From Opitutaceae bacterium (GTDB taxonomy: Bacteria > Verrucomicrobiota > Verrucomicrobiia > Opitutales > Opitutaceae): 64,000 nt of DNA. The notes beneath the pieces were generated by a model. It was given only the letters and a program-made list of their open reading frames with translations, did no database searches and was not told the DNA's origin. The position numbers and the translations under genes are program-made. Position 1 is the stretch's first letter. The number at the start of each line of letters is the position of its first letter. The stretch is taken from the NCBI GenBank assembly GCA_965279695.1, contig OZ257259.1, positions 3,724,531-3,788,530 on the forward strand, read 5' to 3'. This document shows, one piece after another, positions 1 to 10,543 of the stretch.

Positions 1-2805
1 CCAGTTCATCACACGCGGGGAGTAGCCGGAAAAGTTGTCTTTGCCGCTGCCTGTCACGCGCAGGTGCGTGGCGTTGATCCAAACCTGGAGGCCGCGCGAC
101 CACTTGGGCAACGCGGTGAAGGGTTTGAATGACTGGCGCCAGCTCCACTCGATGCCGTCGGTCGTGACGGTGTCGGTGGAGTTGCTCGTCGTGATCACGT
201 CGTAATCGAGATAGTCGTCAGAGAGACCCATCTCGGCGAGGAGCTCAAGCGTGGCGTCGGTGCGGCGGGTGACGAAGAAATTCGTGAGCTGCTTGCGAAA
301 CAGACTCGTGGAAAACGTGGCGCCTTTCACCGAGTAGGATTCGAGGCTGAGGTCGTAGTTGTCGGCGGTCCAGGGCTCGAGGGCGGTGTTGGTGGTGGTG
401 ATGGTGCGGGTGGCCTCGGTCGCACCGGGGTCCGTGATCGTGCGCGAGGGAATGATGAAGTTGAGATCGGGGCGGCCGATGGTGCGGGCGTAGGCGGCAC
501 GAGCGACAAAGTTGTCGGTGAACGAGTAGCTGGTGTTCACGCTCGGGTAATAGTCGCCGTAGCTCTTCTCCGCGAAGCTGGCGCGCTCCTTGTATTGGAG
601 CTTGGCGATGGCGAGCGCATCGGTGGAGACGCGCACGAGCTGGCCGGCGGCGTTGCGGATGAGGTTGCCCTGCGCGTCCTGCTGGTAGATGGCGCGGATG
701 TCGTTGAGCGCTCCCGCTCCCTTGTCGTCGGTGCGCTCATAGCGGGCGCCGGCGACGATCCAGAGGCGGTTCTCGAGGAGCTTCACGTCGGTGCGGAGGA
801 AGCCGGCGGAGATGGTCTCCTCAAGTTTTTGCGAGCCGTTGACGCGGGAGATGTGGTAAGCGGAGTCGTTGAGGACGAAGTAGGACGGCTGGGCTTGGTA
901 GAGGTCGTAAACCTTGCGCGGGTCGATCCACTGGACGTGATCGCCATTGCGGAAGGAGCGCTGCGAGGAATACGAGTAATTGATCAAATCGTAGCTGCTC
1001 ACGAGTCGCTCGGGGGAACCGGCGGCAAAGGTGGGGCGGAAATTCCACGTGCGCGTCTCGGCGCGGATGTCCCGCTCGTTGCGCGCGATGTCAATGCCGG
1101 CCATGAGGCGCGTGGCGAACGGGAGGGGGAGCGCGCGACTCGCGTTGAGCTTCACCGTGGTGAGATCATTTGTCATCAGCGGCTCCTGAGGGGAGGTCGC
1201 GGTGTTGAGCGTGTAGACCGCGCCATTCGTGATGTCGACCGGCTGGCCGGCACGCGTGCCGCGGACGGTGGGCGGCACGCCGAAGCGCAGGTCGCCGAAG
1301 CCGTCGCCGCGCAGGATGAGGCCGGTGAGCGTGGCGTTGGTCGTGCCGAAATATTCATGGCCAGGCTGGGCGCTAAGCGTCTGGCGGCGCGAGTGCGAGT
1401 GCGCGAGGGTGGCCTCAGTTTTCCAGCCGAGGAAATCGCCGCGATGGCCGAGCGCAGCGTGCCAGGTGCGCTTGAGCTGCTCGCGGTTTGTGGAGGAGAT
1501 CGTGGTCGTGCCGGCCGCCGCGGCAGTGCCGGCGGGCGTCGCGCCCTGGGTGAAATTCTCGCCGCCGGTGGCGCCCGCGCCGTAGGCCTGCGTGAAGGTG
1601 CCGATGCGCGTATGCACATCGTCGGTCGTGAACTGGAAGTTGGCGAAGAGGGCGTGTCCGGCGGCCGGTTTCCAATCGGCGCGGGCGGAGAAGGCGTTGC
1701 GCTCGCGCACGGCGATTTGGGCGGCGATGGCACTTTGGGTCTGGATGTTGGTCACGCGGTTCCAGGTGGGGACGAGGTTGTCCTTGTCCTCCCAGCGCGC
1801 GTTGTGGCCGGCGCTGAACGAGAGGGCAAAGGTGCGATTGACCGGGCGGATGTAGGTGACGTCGAAGCCGGGCCGGAAATGCGGTCCGCTCGTGTAGCGG
1901 TCCGAGCCGCCGCCGCGGAACAGCTCGCGCCCGAGCATCGAGAGCGGCTCCATCGTCGTGAGCAGGCCGAAGACACTGTAGGTGAACTGCGGATCGCGGC
2001 GGGAAAAACCGTTCTTGCCGATGACGTTGATCATGCCGCCGACGGCGTTGGCGGGCATATCGGGGGTCGGGACTTTGGTGACTTCGATGCGATCAATGTT
2101 GGCGGTGTTGGAGGCGGTGAAGCTCCCGCCGCGACCGGTCGGAAAATCGGTCGCGAGTTCGAGACCGTCGACCATGAGCAGCGTGCCACTCGAGGGCATG
2201 CCGCGAATCGTCGCGTCGCCGGGAATCGCCGGCGACATGGAAACCTGGATGCCGGGGACGAACTTGAGAAACTCGCCCGGGTTGCCGTCGCCGAGGTCGC
2301 CGAACTCCTCGAAGGCGACCACGTTTTTGATATTCGGCGCGGTGCGTTGCTCTTGGAGCGCGGCGGACTGAGCGCTGAGTTCGCGCTCGGCGACGGTGAA
2401 CGCATCGAGTTTCACGACCTCATCGCGCTTCGAAGCCATGGACGCCGCCGGGGCATCACTCGCGCCAAGATCGAAATCGTGGCGCGCGGTCTGTCCCGCG
2501 GCGACTATGATGCGCACAGTCTGCGCGGCGAAGCCGGCCACCGTGGCACGCAACGAGGCGGCACCCGCCGGCACGCCGACGACACGGAAATCGCCCGCTT
2601 CATTGGAATACGTTTCGAGGGCGGTGCCTTCGACGACGATGCGCACCTGCTTGAGGAAAGTGCCGGCGGCAGAGTTGGAAACGCGGCCTTCGATCGTGCC
2701 GGTGTTGGTGGATTGAGCGCCGCTGCGAAGTGGCGCGAGAAGCAGGAAAGCGAAAGCGAGCAGAGTGGTCGCGATCCGACGAACAAGGAGGTGGGTGGTT
2801 TGCAT
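1..2805 (-). CDS. TonB-dependent outer-membrane receptor (partial; C-terminus lies beyond window start), with N-terminal carboxypeptidase-regulatory-like domain
   Basis: The minus-strand frame is open from the ATG at 2805..2803 down to position 1. It is absent from the ORF track only because it is truncated. The translation starts MQTTHLLVRRIATTLLAFAFLLLAPLRSGAQS (signal peptide). It continues IEGRVSNSAAG...VRIVVEGTALETYSNEAGDFRVVGVPAG (CarbopepD_reg-like), followed by a plug and a long beta-barrel sequence. The 595..5571 plus-strand ORF is its antisense shadow. Confidence 0.8.
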   Translation of the reverse strand, partial: MQTTHLLVRRIATTLLAFAFLLLAPLRSGAQSTNTGTIEGRVSNSAAGTFLKQVRIVVEGTALETYSNEAGDFRVVGVPAGAASLRATVAGFAAQTVRIIVAAGQTARHDFDLGASDAPAASMASKRDEVVKLDAFTVAERELSAQSAALQEQRTAPNIKNVVAFEEFGDLGDGNPGEFLKFVPGIQVSMSPAIPGDATIRGMPSSGTLLMVDGLELATDFPTGRGGSFTASNTANIDRIEVTKVPTPDMPANAVGGMINVIGKNGFSRRDPQFTYSVFGLLTTMEPLSMLGRELFRGGGSDRYTSGPHFRPGFDVTYIRPVNRTFALSFSAGHNARWEDKDNLVPTWNRVTNIQTQSAIAAQIAVRERNAFSARADWKPAAGHALFANFQFTTDDVHTRIGTFTQAYGAGATGGENFTQGATPAGTAAAAGTTTISSTNREQLKRTWHAALGHRGDFLGWKTEATLAHSHSRRQTLSAQPGHEYFGTTNATLTGLILRGDGFGDLRFGVPPTVRGTRAGQPVDITNGAVYTLNTATSPQEPLMTNDLTTVKLNASRALPLPFATRLMAGIDIARNERDIRAETRTWNFRPTFAAGSPERLVSSYDLINYSYSSQRSFRNGDHVQWIDPRKVYDLYQAQPSYFVLNDSAYHISRVNGSQKLEETISAGFLRTDVKLLENRLWIVAGARYERTDDKGAGALNDIRAIYQQDAQGNLIRNAAGQLVRVSTDALAIAKLQYKERASFAEKSYGDYYPSVNTSYSFTDNFVARAAYARTIGRPDLNFIIPSRTITDPGATEATRTITTTNTALEPWTADNYDLSLESYSVKGATFSTSLFRKQLTNFFVTRRTDATLELLAEMGLSDDYLDYDVITTSNSTDTVTTDGIEWSWRQSFKPFTALPKWSRGLQVWINATHLRVTGSGKDNFSGYSPRVMNW

Positions 2806-2823
2806 GGCGAAAAAAGAAATCGG

Positions 2824-5724
2824 CTACTGCCGCAATTCGACGGCCGTGATCGTCGGGCCGGTGCCGGCTCCGCCGGTGCCGAGTTCCAACCGATAACGGA
2901 TCCGCTGGGCCGGATGCTCGAGCGCGACAATAAAGCTTCGGCTCGCTTCGGTCCTCGTGGCTCCTGGAGCGGGTTTCAACGCGGTCCAGGTGGTGGCCCC
3001 GTCGATCTGCACGCTCGCGGCACAATCGGCCCGACCGCGGAACGTGCCCTCGACCGACAACACGAAGCTTCCCGCGGCAAGCGGCGCGTCGCTCCACGGC
3101 GACGTATAGGTCTCGAACGGCCGGCGGCGCAGGACATCGCCGATCTCGGCGTTGATCGTCGCGTGCGGGCCGTAGGACGCGATCCACGTGCGCCGCGATT
3201 CGGCGAAGCCCTCGCGCGAGCCCCAATAGATCCACGAGCCGATGCTGTGCCGGCCGCTCTTCGTTACGCCGCCGACTTCACCCACCGGGCCGGTGTGGTT
3301 GAGGACGACGAGATCGTTGAAGCCATCAGCGTCGACATCGGCGACGAAGTGCGACGACGACGAGTAGGCCGGCAACTCCTGTTTTTGCGCGGAACGAAAC
3401 GCTCCCGCGGCGTCGGGCTGATAGATGAAGAGCGGCATGGTGCGCGTGGTCTCGCCGTGGTAGTTGCTGAACAAAGCATCCAGGCGGCCGACGGTTGCCG
3501 TGTCGGCGACGGACACCCAGTGCGCGCCGAACGTCCCGAGCGGCGTGCGATCGTCGAGGGCGAATTTGCCCGCGCGGTTCCAATAGATCGCGGAGTCGAG
3601 CGCGTTGCGGCGAGTCGACATCACGCGGTATTGCGCTGCGACAACCTCGGGAAAGCCGTCTTGGTTGAGATCGGCGACCGTGAGATGCTGGATTTGGAAA
3701 TCGCCGCTCACGCGCGTGGCGTGCGCGAGATCGGGCGTGCCGTCGGGCAGAATCGCACAGCGCAACCACCCGCCACGGCCGCCGAGGATCAGTTCGAGTT
3801 GGCCGGTGCCGCTGAGATCGGCGACGGCGGACGCGAGAACCTGCATGCCGGGCTGCAGGAGCTGGGGCGCTGCGAAACCGCCCTCCGCGCCGCGCAGCAG
3901 CGCGAGGCTGCCGCCGTTTGCGATGCTTCCAGCGATGAGATCGAGACGGCCATCGCGGTTGAAGTCGGCGACGGAGGACGTCATCGGCCCGAACGGCAGC
4001 GGGACGCGCACGCGGCCGGCGAGCTGGCGGCGCGCATCGAAGCGCACGAGCATCACGCCATGCTCGTCGGTGTAGGCGATCGAGGCGCGGCCCTCGTCGA
4101 AGAAATCGGCGGCGTTGCAACTGTAGCCGCCGAGGAGCGGCACCTTGGTGAGCGCGGCGGAGCTGAAGCTGCGGTGCGGATTGCCCCAATAGACATAGGA
4201 GTTGAGCGCCGCGGCGTCCTTGGTGAGCCCGCTGTCGCGGTTCGCGAAAAACAGATCGGTGCGGCCGTCGCGGTTGAGATCGCCGAGCGCGACCGAGGCG
4301 GGACCGAACGCGGTGAGCTCGGTGCGGCGCGCGGATGCGAAGCCACCGGCGGCGCCCCAATAGATGTAGGACGGCACGTCGAAGGTCGCGTTGTTGCGTT
4401 GATTGGCGACCACGAGATCGAGAAAACCGTCGCCGTTGAGATCGGCGGCGCGAAGCGCGGTGTTGCCGAGGACAGGGAGCGGCGTGGGCGGCGCGGTCAC
4501 GAGCGTGCGCGAGGCGGCGCCCCAGTAGATGCGCGCCTCGGTCTCGTAGTTTTCCTTGCCGTCGGCGCCGCGCGAGGCGAAGCCGCCGACCGCGACGTCG
4601 AGCAGGCCGTCGCGATTGAAATCGCCCATCGCGGCGGACATCGGCGAATTCGCGGGCAGCGCCGTGCGCGGCCAGTCGCGGAGATTGCCTCGGCCGGTCC
4701 AGAAGCGGTTCCAAAAAACCTGCGCGGCGTCGCCGCCCGCGGTCACGACGATATCGGGGCGCCCGTCGGCGTTGAGATCGGCGACGTTGATTTCGCCCGC
4801 TTGCTCATCATCGAAACCGCGACCTTCGACCGGGACTTGTTCGATGCGCTCGGCGGAAAAACCGCGCGCGTCGCCGTAAAACACGCGCAACCCCGGCGCA
4901 TCGCCGCCCTCCAGAAAAATCAGATCGAGCCGGCCGTCGCGGTCGAGATCGGCGGCTTTTGCATCGACGGCAAAGCGCGTGGGCAAATCGGTCACGCGGT
5001 CGACGGTGAAGCCGTTCGCTGTGTTCCAATAGATCCGCGAAGTGGAATTGGTCGGCGCGGGCGAGGTGCGGCGCGGGGCAGAGATGGCGGCGGTGACGGC
5101 ATCCTCGCTGCCGACGTTTGCGATGATCAGCTCGGGGCGGCCGTCGCCATCGAGATCTGCAGCGGTGAGGCCCAGAGCGGTTTCGGTGGGCAATTCCGAA
5201 CGCCGCTCCGCGGAAAAACCGGCGGCGGCGCCCCAGTAGATATACACCGGAAAATGATCGTGGGTGGAGCCATGGATGAAGTTGACGAACGCGAGATCGG
5301 CGAAGCCGTCACCATTGAGGTCCGCGATCAGACTGCGGCCGGCGCCGAGCGATGGGAGGAATTGCGTTTGCGATGCAGCGGCGCGCAGCGCGAGCAGGCG
5401 GTCGAATTCGCCGCCATCGCCGCCATGGATGGGAAGGAGCGAACGGAATCCTTCGGTGGGATGCTGGAAATAGATAAGCCCGTCGACGCTCTCGTGCGGG
5501 TTGTGCTCGTTGTTAATCACGATCTCCGGGTAGCCGTCGCGATCGAGATCGAACCAGTTGATCAGCTTTAGCTCGCCGCGCGTGGAGACGAAGAGGTTCT
5601 GGCCGGCGTTGCCGAACTCGCCGCGGGAGAGTTGGGCATGGCCGGAGTGCCGGAAGATGGGCTCGGCAGCGGTGACCGTGGAAACCGTCAGCAACGCGAC
5701 GGCGAGCGTGCGATGGAGGCTCAT
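2824..5724 (-). CDS. Secreted FG-GAP repeat protein with ASPIC/UnbV-like C-terminus (CRTAC1 family)
   Basis: The protein is about 966 aa. It has an N-terminal signal peptide, SLHRTLAVALLTVSTVTAAEP. It carries many repeated DxNxDGxxD calcium-binding FG-GAP motifs, for example ADLNGDGFADL, ADLDGDGRPEL and ADLNQDGFPEV. The start is moved to the second Met at 5724, which gives an ATGA overlap with the upstream stop. Confidence 0.8.
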   Translation of the reverse strand: MSLHRTLAVALLTVSTVTAAEPIFRHSGHAQLSRGEFGNAGQNLFVSTRGELKLINWFDLDRDGYPEIVINNEHNPHESVDGLIYFQHPTEGFRSLLPIHGGDGGEFDRLLALRAAASQTQFLPSLGAGRSLIADLNGDGFADLAFVNFIHGSTHDHFPVYIYWGAAAGFSAERRSELPTETALGLTAADLDGDGRPELIIANVGSEDAVTAAISAPRRTSPAPTNSTSRIYWNTANGFTVDRVTDLPTRFAVDAKAADLDRDGRLDLIFLEGGDAPGLRVFYGDARGFSAERIEQVPVEGRGFDDEQAGEINVADLNADGRPDIVVTAGGDAAQVFWNRFWTGRGNLRDWPRTALPANSPMSAAMGDFNRDGLLDVAVGGFASRGADGKENYETEARIYWGAASRTLVTAPPTPLPVLGNTALRAADLNGDGFLDLVVANQRNNATFDVPSYIYWGAAGGFASARRTELTAFGPASVALGDLNRDGRTDLFFANRDSGLTKDAAALNSYVYWGNPHRSFSSAALTKVPLLGGYSCNAADFFDEGRASIAYTDEHGVMLVRFDARRQLAGRVRVPLPFGPMTSSVADFNRDGRLDLIAGSIANGGSLALLRGAEGGFAAPQLLQPGMQVLASAVADLSGTGQLELILGGRGGWLRCAILPDGTPDLAHATRVSGDFQIQHLTVADLNQDGFPEVVAAQYRVMSTRRNALDSAIYWNRAGKFALDDRTPLGTFGAHWVSVADTATVGRLDALFSNYHGETTRTMPLFIYQPDAAGAFRSAQKQELPAYSSSSHFVADVDADGFNDLVVLNHTGPVGEVGGVTKSGRHSIGSWIYWGSREGFAESRRTWIASYGPHATINAEIGDVLRRRPFETYTSPWSDAPLAAGSFVLSVEGTFRGRADCAASVQIDGATTWTALKPAPGATRTEASRSFIVALEHPAQRIRYRLELGTGGAGTGPTITAVELRQ

Positions 5725-6869
5725 TTCCATGCGCTCCTCCAGCGTGTGAGTTCGATGCCAGTCTTATCGCCGCGGGTCAGGTAATACATGGAGAGCAAGG
5801 TGCCATCGTCGGCTTCGAGTGTGACGGGGTAGCCGCTGTCGGGCTTGAAGTCGGCGCCAGTGCGCAGGACGACGATGTCCTCCGCGCGCCAGGTGCGCCC
5901 GTCGTCGCGGCTGAGGCAGGCGCGAATTCCGATGGGTTGATCGCGCACGCCGTAGGTGCAAAGCAGCCGGCCGTCGCGCAGGCGCAGCAAGTGCGCGGGG
6001 TGGCCGTGAAGCGGCGTTTGCACGGGCTTGCTCCAGGTTTTCCCTCGATCCGCCGAGCGACACACCCACATGCAAGTGCCGTAGGCCGGCTCGGTGCGCA
6101 TCATCGCGACGATGTCGCCGTTGGCGGCCTGGGCCAGCGCGGTCTCGCCGTGGCTCACGTCGGCTTCGACGCTGGCGGCGAGCGGACCGAAATTCCATGT
6201 CTCGCCGTCATCTTCACTGCGCAACATCCACGTCTCATAGAAGCGCACGCGTGCGACGGGCTTGCCGTAGGTCGCCAGCAGGATTGTGCGGTTGTCGAGG
6301 CGCAGGAAGGCGCGGTCATCGCGATAGGACTGAATCAGCGCCACCTTGGGCAACTCCAGTTCGCGCGTCTGCCAGGTAGCGCCGCGGTCGTCACTCACCC
6401 GCACAAACCCGCCAACCGAATACGCGATCCGTTTATCGGGTGTGTTGCGCACCTCAAAGCCCTGCGCCTCGAAGTAGGCACGGCGATCCGGCGTGTCGTA
6501 ACGCCAACCGTGAGTATCGACGTCCACGACGCGCTGCGACGTCGAGTGGAACGCCGGGTTCAGCTCGTCGCGATCAGTGAGCTGCCAGGTGCGACCGCCG
6601 TCGGTGGAGATCGACGCGAGCTTTTGGATCGTCCGCGGGTCCATGTGATTGCTCGTGGGATTGGTGCCGAACTTCACGTAGAACGCGCCGTCGGCCAGCC
6701 GGTAAAAACGGAAGTTCCGGGCGTATTCCTCGCGGAAGATCACCTGGTGCTCCGCGCCGGCGGCGAGCGGCGGCGGCGGGTTGTCGGGCGGACCGGCAGC
6801 GGCGGCCATGCTGGCCGCACCGGCCAGAGCGAGGATCGCGAAACAGAGACGATGCAACATCGAGGTCAT
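5721..6869 (-). CDS. BNR-repeat sialidase-like glycoside hydrolase (exo-alpha-sialidase family-like), secreted
   Basis: It has five SxDxGxTW (BNR) motifs: STDGGRTWQ, SDDRGATWQ, SEDDGETW, SADRGKTWS and SRDDGRTWR. The start is placed at the signal-peptide Met of MTSMLHRLCFAILALAGAAS rather than the track start at 6935, which would overlap the upstream gene. Confidence 0.75.
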   Translation of the reverse strand: MTSMLHRLCFAILALAGAASMAAAAGPPDNPPPPLAAGAEHQVIFREEYARNFRFYRLADGAFYVKFGTNPTSNHMDPRTIQKLASISTDGGRTWQLTDRDELNPAFHSTSQRVVDVDTHGWRYDTPDRRAYFEAQGFEVRNTPDKRIAYSVGGFVRVSDDRGATWQTRELELPKVALIQSYRDDRAFLRLDNRTILLATYGKPVARVRFYETWMLRSEDDGETWNFGPLAASVEADVSHGETALAQAANGDIVAMMRTEPAYGTCMWVCRSADRGKTWSKPVQTPLHGHPAHLLRLRDGRLLCTYGVRDQPIGIRACLSRDDGRTWRAEDIVVLRTGADFKPDSGYPVTLEADDGTLLSMYYLTRGDKTGIELTRWRSAWK

Positions 6870-6888
6870 GACCTTTGCGCCGGCGATG

Positions 6889-8139
6889 TCATTTTTTCGC
6901 GTCGGCATCGGAGAGTCGTTTCTCGTGCGCGTCACGCGCTTTCCTCATTTCGTTGGTCGTGCGCACGCCGCCGCCATGATCGGCGAGACGGTTGATCATC
7001 TGGCGCAGGCGACTGTCCGGGTTGACGAGTTTGCCGGCCCTGATGTCGGCCTCGGTGATCTTGGCGAAAAGGATTTCCTGTTCGTCCTTCACGTAACGGC
7101 CGCGGTCGTAGATAAGATAGATGAACCCGTTCGCCCCCTCGGTGCCGTCGGGATACGTGACCAGCGCGCGGTCGTCGAGGAGCAGCCGGTGCGGCCAGGT
7201 GCGGCCCTCGTCCTCGGAGAGCAGGGCGGTCATGCGCGTGCGCACTTTCGGATCGTCGTTGAGCACGAGGAGCCACGCGCCGGACTTGAGCCGGCGGAAA
7301 TGGAAACGCGCGTTCACGCCTCGCTCGGTGGTGAACGGCCGGTCGTTTTTCCAAGTCGCCCCGCGATCGAACGACTCGATCTGCGCGATGCCGTAGGTCG
7401 CGCGTGAGAAGGCCAGAAGGCTGCCATCGCGACGCTCGACGACCATCTGCTCGGAAAAGTAGCCGTCCTTCACCGGTGTCTTGGAGAGAAACGAGAACGA
7501 CTTCCCCTGATCGCGCGACACCCAGAAGCGCGTGCGCAACGGATCGGTCTTGTCGAAGGTGTCGACGGGACGCAGCCAGTCGCCGTTCGACAAGACGATG
7601 GGTTTGTTCAGCGCGCTGCCGTAGCCCGCGAACACCGGCGCGCGCCACTTGGGCGACGGCACGTCTGGATCGTCGGTGCAGAATCCCCAGACGGAAAAGG
7701 TGCCGTTGGGGTCTTTCACCGGCAGGACGCGGTTGACGAACCACCACAACCGACCCGCCGGATCGATCCACAGATGCGGATCGAGCGTGATGCCGCCGAA
7801 AAACGGCGTGGCGTCGTAAACCGCGACGGGCGGCGACCACGTGCGGCCATCGTCGTCGCTCGTCACGAGCACGGCGTAGTTTCCCTCGCCCCGCTGTCCT
7901 TCGATGATGGGTCCGCCATACCACGTGGCCCACAGCCGGCCTCGCGCCGTGCGCTCGATGCTCGGAATCCCCTGCCACACCCGCAGGCGCGGCGAGTAAC
8001 GCGGGCCGGGCAGAAGGTCGAGGACGGGGGGCGTGAGATTCGAAGCTCCGAATGACTCTGGCGATTGGGCAGGGGCGAGGGCGAGCGATAGCAGAAACAG
8101 GGCGAGCGGGAAGAGAACGCGCATGATCGTCCGGCCCAC
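6889..8139 (-). CDS. BNR-repeat sialidase-like glycoside hydrolase, secreted (paralog of downstream gene)
   Basis: It has the signal peptide MGRTIMRVLFPLALFLLSLALAPAQS. Its BNR motifs are SDDDGRTWS, SRDQGKSFS, SFDRGATWK and SEDEGRTWP. Confidence 0.75.
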   Translation of the reverse strand: MGRTIMRVLFPLALFLLSLALAPAQSPESFGASNLTPPVLDLLPGPRYSPRLRVWQGIPSIERTARGRLWATWYGGPIIEGQRGEGNYAVLVTSDDDGRTWSPPVAVYDATPFFGGITLDPHLWIDPAGRLWWFVNRVLPVKDPNGTFSVWGFCTDDPDVPSPKWRAPVFAGYGSALNKPIVLSNGDWLRPVDTFDKTDPLRTRFWVSRDQGKSFSFLSKTPVKDGYFSEQMVVERRDGSLLAFSRATYGIAQIESFDRGATWKNDRPFTTERGVNARFHFRRLKSGAWLLVLNDDPKVRTRMTALLSEDEGRTWPHRLLLDDRALVTYPDGTEGANGFIYLIYDRGRYVKDEQEILFAKITEADIRAGKLVNPDSRLRQMINRLADHGGGVRTTNEMRKARDAHEKRLSDADAKK

Positions 8140-8144
8140 GTGGC

Positions 8145-10307
8145 CTAGAACTCGCGCGAGACGCGCAGCGTGAACGACCGCGGCGGAGCAAGAGAGATGA
8201 TGTTCCGGTTCACGGCGTTGTTGGCGTAGTATTCGTCGACGACGTTATCGACTTTCAGTTGGAACGCATATTTGCCCCACGCGTAGGTCGCGAACGCCTG
8301 GTAGAGGTTGGCGCCCGGCAGCCAGAACGTGTTGCCGGTGTCGCCTGCGCGGACGCCGCGCCACGTGTAGCCCGACCCGATCGCGAAGCCCTTCAACGGG
8401 CCGTTTTCGAACGCATACTTGGCTAGCACGCTCGCCTGCTTGTCCGGCACGCCGCGCGTGCGCAGGCCGGAGAGGGTCTTGGCTTCGAGCTTCGAGGCGC
8501 CGATCATTACCTGCAGCCCGGCAGCGGGATTGAGGTAGAGATCGATTTCGTTGCCGGTCATCTCGTCGCCGGCGATTTGGATCCGGTAACCGCCGCTCGC
8601 CCGGATCGGATCGGGGTCCTGGACGATAGTATTGCGATCCGAGCGTTTGTAGTGGGCGATCGTGGCGGACACCTTGCCCTTCACCAGATCGAACTTCACG
8701 CCGATTTCGTCCTGTTTGGAAGTCGGCGGGGTGAACGTCTTGCCGTCGGGATTCACGGTGAACACGGGCGTAAACGTCTCGGAGCGGCTCGCGTAGAGCG
8801 ACACGCCGTCGTGCGGCCGGTAAACGGCGCCGAAACGCGGTGTCCATTTGGTTTTCGCCGGCGGGGTGTCACGCACGCGGGTGATCGCGTTGAACCCCTC
8901 GGACTGGCTGCGGTTGAAGCGCACCGCGGCCTGAAGAATGAGCTGGTCTTGGAACAGGTAAGCCTGCTCCTGCACGGCGGTGCCGAAGCTGGAGCCTCGG
9001 CTTTCGGTGGAGGTGCTCAGGGCGGTCGAGGCCGGCTGCCCGCCGTAGACCGGATTGAGGATGTCGAGACGCGGGAGGACGTCGGTGGTGTTGCCCGTGG
9101 CGCTGCGGCCGAGATATTGCAGGACCTCGCTCTCACTCTTCGCATATTGAGCGAGCGCGATGAGCGTATGGCGGGTGGGTCCGAGCTTGAATTTCCACGC
9201 CGAGTCCAGCGCGAGCGTGTCCGCGTCGGCCGGATTGGCGGAGTAGCGCCAACTGCGCTGCATCAAATAGCGTCCGCCCACGAGCACGACATCGCGCAGG
9301 ATCGTGGTAGGCGATTCGTGGTAAGCATAGTGCGAGTGGAAGCCGGCAAACTTCAGCGACCAGCTCTCGCTGACCTTGTGTTCGACGCTGAGGTTGTAGC
9401 GGCGGCCCTGCTCGTATTGCACGGAGTAGGGCTCGGCCCAGGCGCGCTCGCGCGGCAGGTTGAGCACGAAGGAGAGCGCGAGGTTGTTGCCCACGTAGGG
9501 CGGCAGCGTGAAGGCCTGGCCCCAGCCCTTGTGATAACGATCCCAGAAGTCCGTGACCGTGACGGTCGCAGTCGTGGACGGCGTGACGCGCCAGGTGAAC
9601 ATCGGCGCCAGGAAACGGCGGTGCCCGTAATCGAAATCCTGCGAAGATTTTCTGCTCCAATACGTGCCGACCATCCGGAAGGCCATGTTCTGCCCGGTGC
9701 CGAGCGTCTGATTGGTGTCGAGGGTGGTCCGGTAGTGATCGTAGGAACCGAGCTCGAGATCGAGGAGCGTGCGCGGCCGGTCGAACTGCGGTTTCTTCGC
9801 GACGCGGTTGACCACTCCGCCCGCGGACGTCGAGCCGTAGATCACGGCCGAAGGTCCTTTCAGCACCTCGATGCGGTTGAACAAACTGAAATCGAGGCCC
9901 GCGCCCTGACTCGAACCGACCTCCGGCAAGCCATCGGTGAACGGCGAACTGATCGGCACGCCGCGGATGGCGAAGATGTCGCTGCCAGGGCTGTTGGTCT
10001 CGGCCGCGCCGCCGACATAACGCGCCACCTCGGCCAGGCTGTTGGGCGCGAGATCGCGCAGCATCTCCTGGTTAATGACCGCGATCGACTGCGACAGCTC
10101 GGCGATCGGGATCGCGATGCGCGAGGCGCCGATGGTGTCGCGGGCGGAGTAGCCCTTGTCCTTGGCGGATGTGATCTCGAAGGCAGACAACTGGACGACT
10201 TCGGTCGCGGCGCCGGAGGTGGCGGGAACCGGGCCGACGGACTGGGCAAAAGCGGGAGCGAGGGCCGCGAGGGAGCCAAACACAGCCAGGGAACGAGGGG
10301 ATTTCAT
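8145..10307 (-). CDS. TonB-dependent receptor (plug + 22-strand barrel type)
   Basis: It has a signal peptide (MKSPRSLAVFGSLAALAPAFAQS) and a plug-like N-terminal region. The barrel is long and ends with the C-terminal aromatic residue in ...RVSREF. The start is moved inward to the signal-peptide ATG at 10307. Confidence 0.8.
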   Translation of the reverse strand: MKSPRSLAVFGSLAALAPAFAQSVGPVPATSGAATEVVQLSAFEITSAKDKGYSARDTIGASRIAIPIAELSQSIAVINQEMLRDLAPNSLAEVARYVGGAAETNSPGSDIFAIRGVPISSPFTDGLPEVGSSQGAGLDFSLFNRIEVLKGPSAVIYGSTSAGGVVNRVAKKPQFDRPRTLLDLELGSYDHYRTTLDTNQTLGTGQNMAFRMVGTYWSRKSSQDFDYGHRRFLAPMFTWRVTPSTTATVTVTDFWDRYHKGWGQAFTLPPYVGNNLALSFVLNLPRERAWAEPYSVQYEQGRRYNLSVEHKVSESWSLKFAGFHSHYAYHESPTTILRDVVLVGGRYLMQRSWRYSANPADADTLALDSAWKFKLGPTRHTLIALAQYAKSESEVLQYLGRSATGNTTDVLPRLDILNPVYGGQPASTALSTSTESRGSSFGTAVQEQAYLFQDQLILQAAVRFNRSQSEGFNAITRVRDTPPAKTKWTPRFGAVYRPHDGVSLYASRSETFTPVFTVNPDGKTFTPPTSKQDEIGVKFDLVKGKVSATIAHYKRSDRNTIVQDPDPIRASGGYRIQIAGDEMTGNEIDLYLNPAAGLQVMIGASKLEAKTLSGLRTRGVPDKQASVLAKYAFENGPLKGFAIGSGYTWRGVRAGDTGNTFWLPGANLYQAFATYAWGKYAFQLKVDNVVDEYYANNAVNRNIISLAPPRSFTLRVSREF

Positions 10308-10543
10308 GGTGGGGAGAAAGCGGGGAAACGACCGGTGGAAGCCGCAGACAAACGCACTTCGTATTTCGGTATACCAAACTTTCCAACCAAGCCCCTTGTC
10401 AATGCATTTTCGGGCCATTTTCCCTGCTTCCACCTAAGAGTTTCGATCGGACGACCGACGTAAGATTGGAATACCAATTATCGAAATCGGAACCAAATCC
10501 GGTCTTTTCATTGCCGGAAGTGTCGTGTTGGATTCGACCCGTC

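Noticed and set aside
595-5571. 1658-aa plus-strand ORF, the longest in the track
   Set aside because: It is antisense to two well-supported minus-strand genes, the TonB receptor and the FG-GAP protein. Its translation is low-complexity A/G/R/V/E/D typical of high-GC shadow frames, with no domain signatures.
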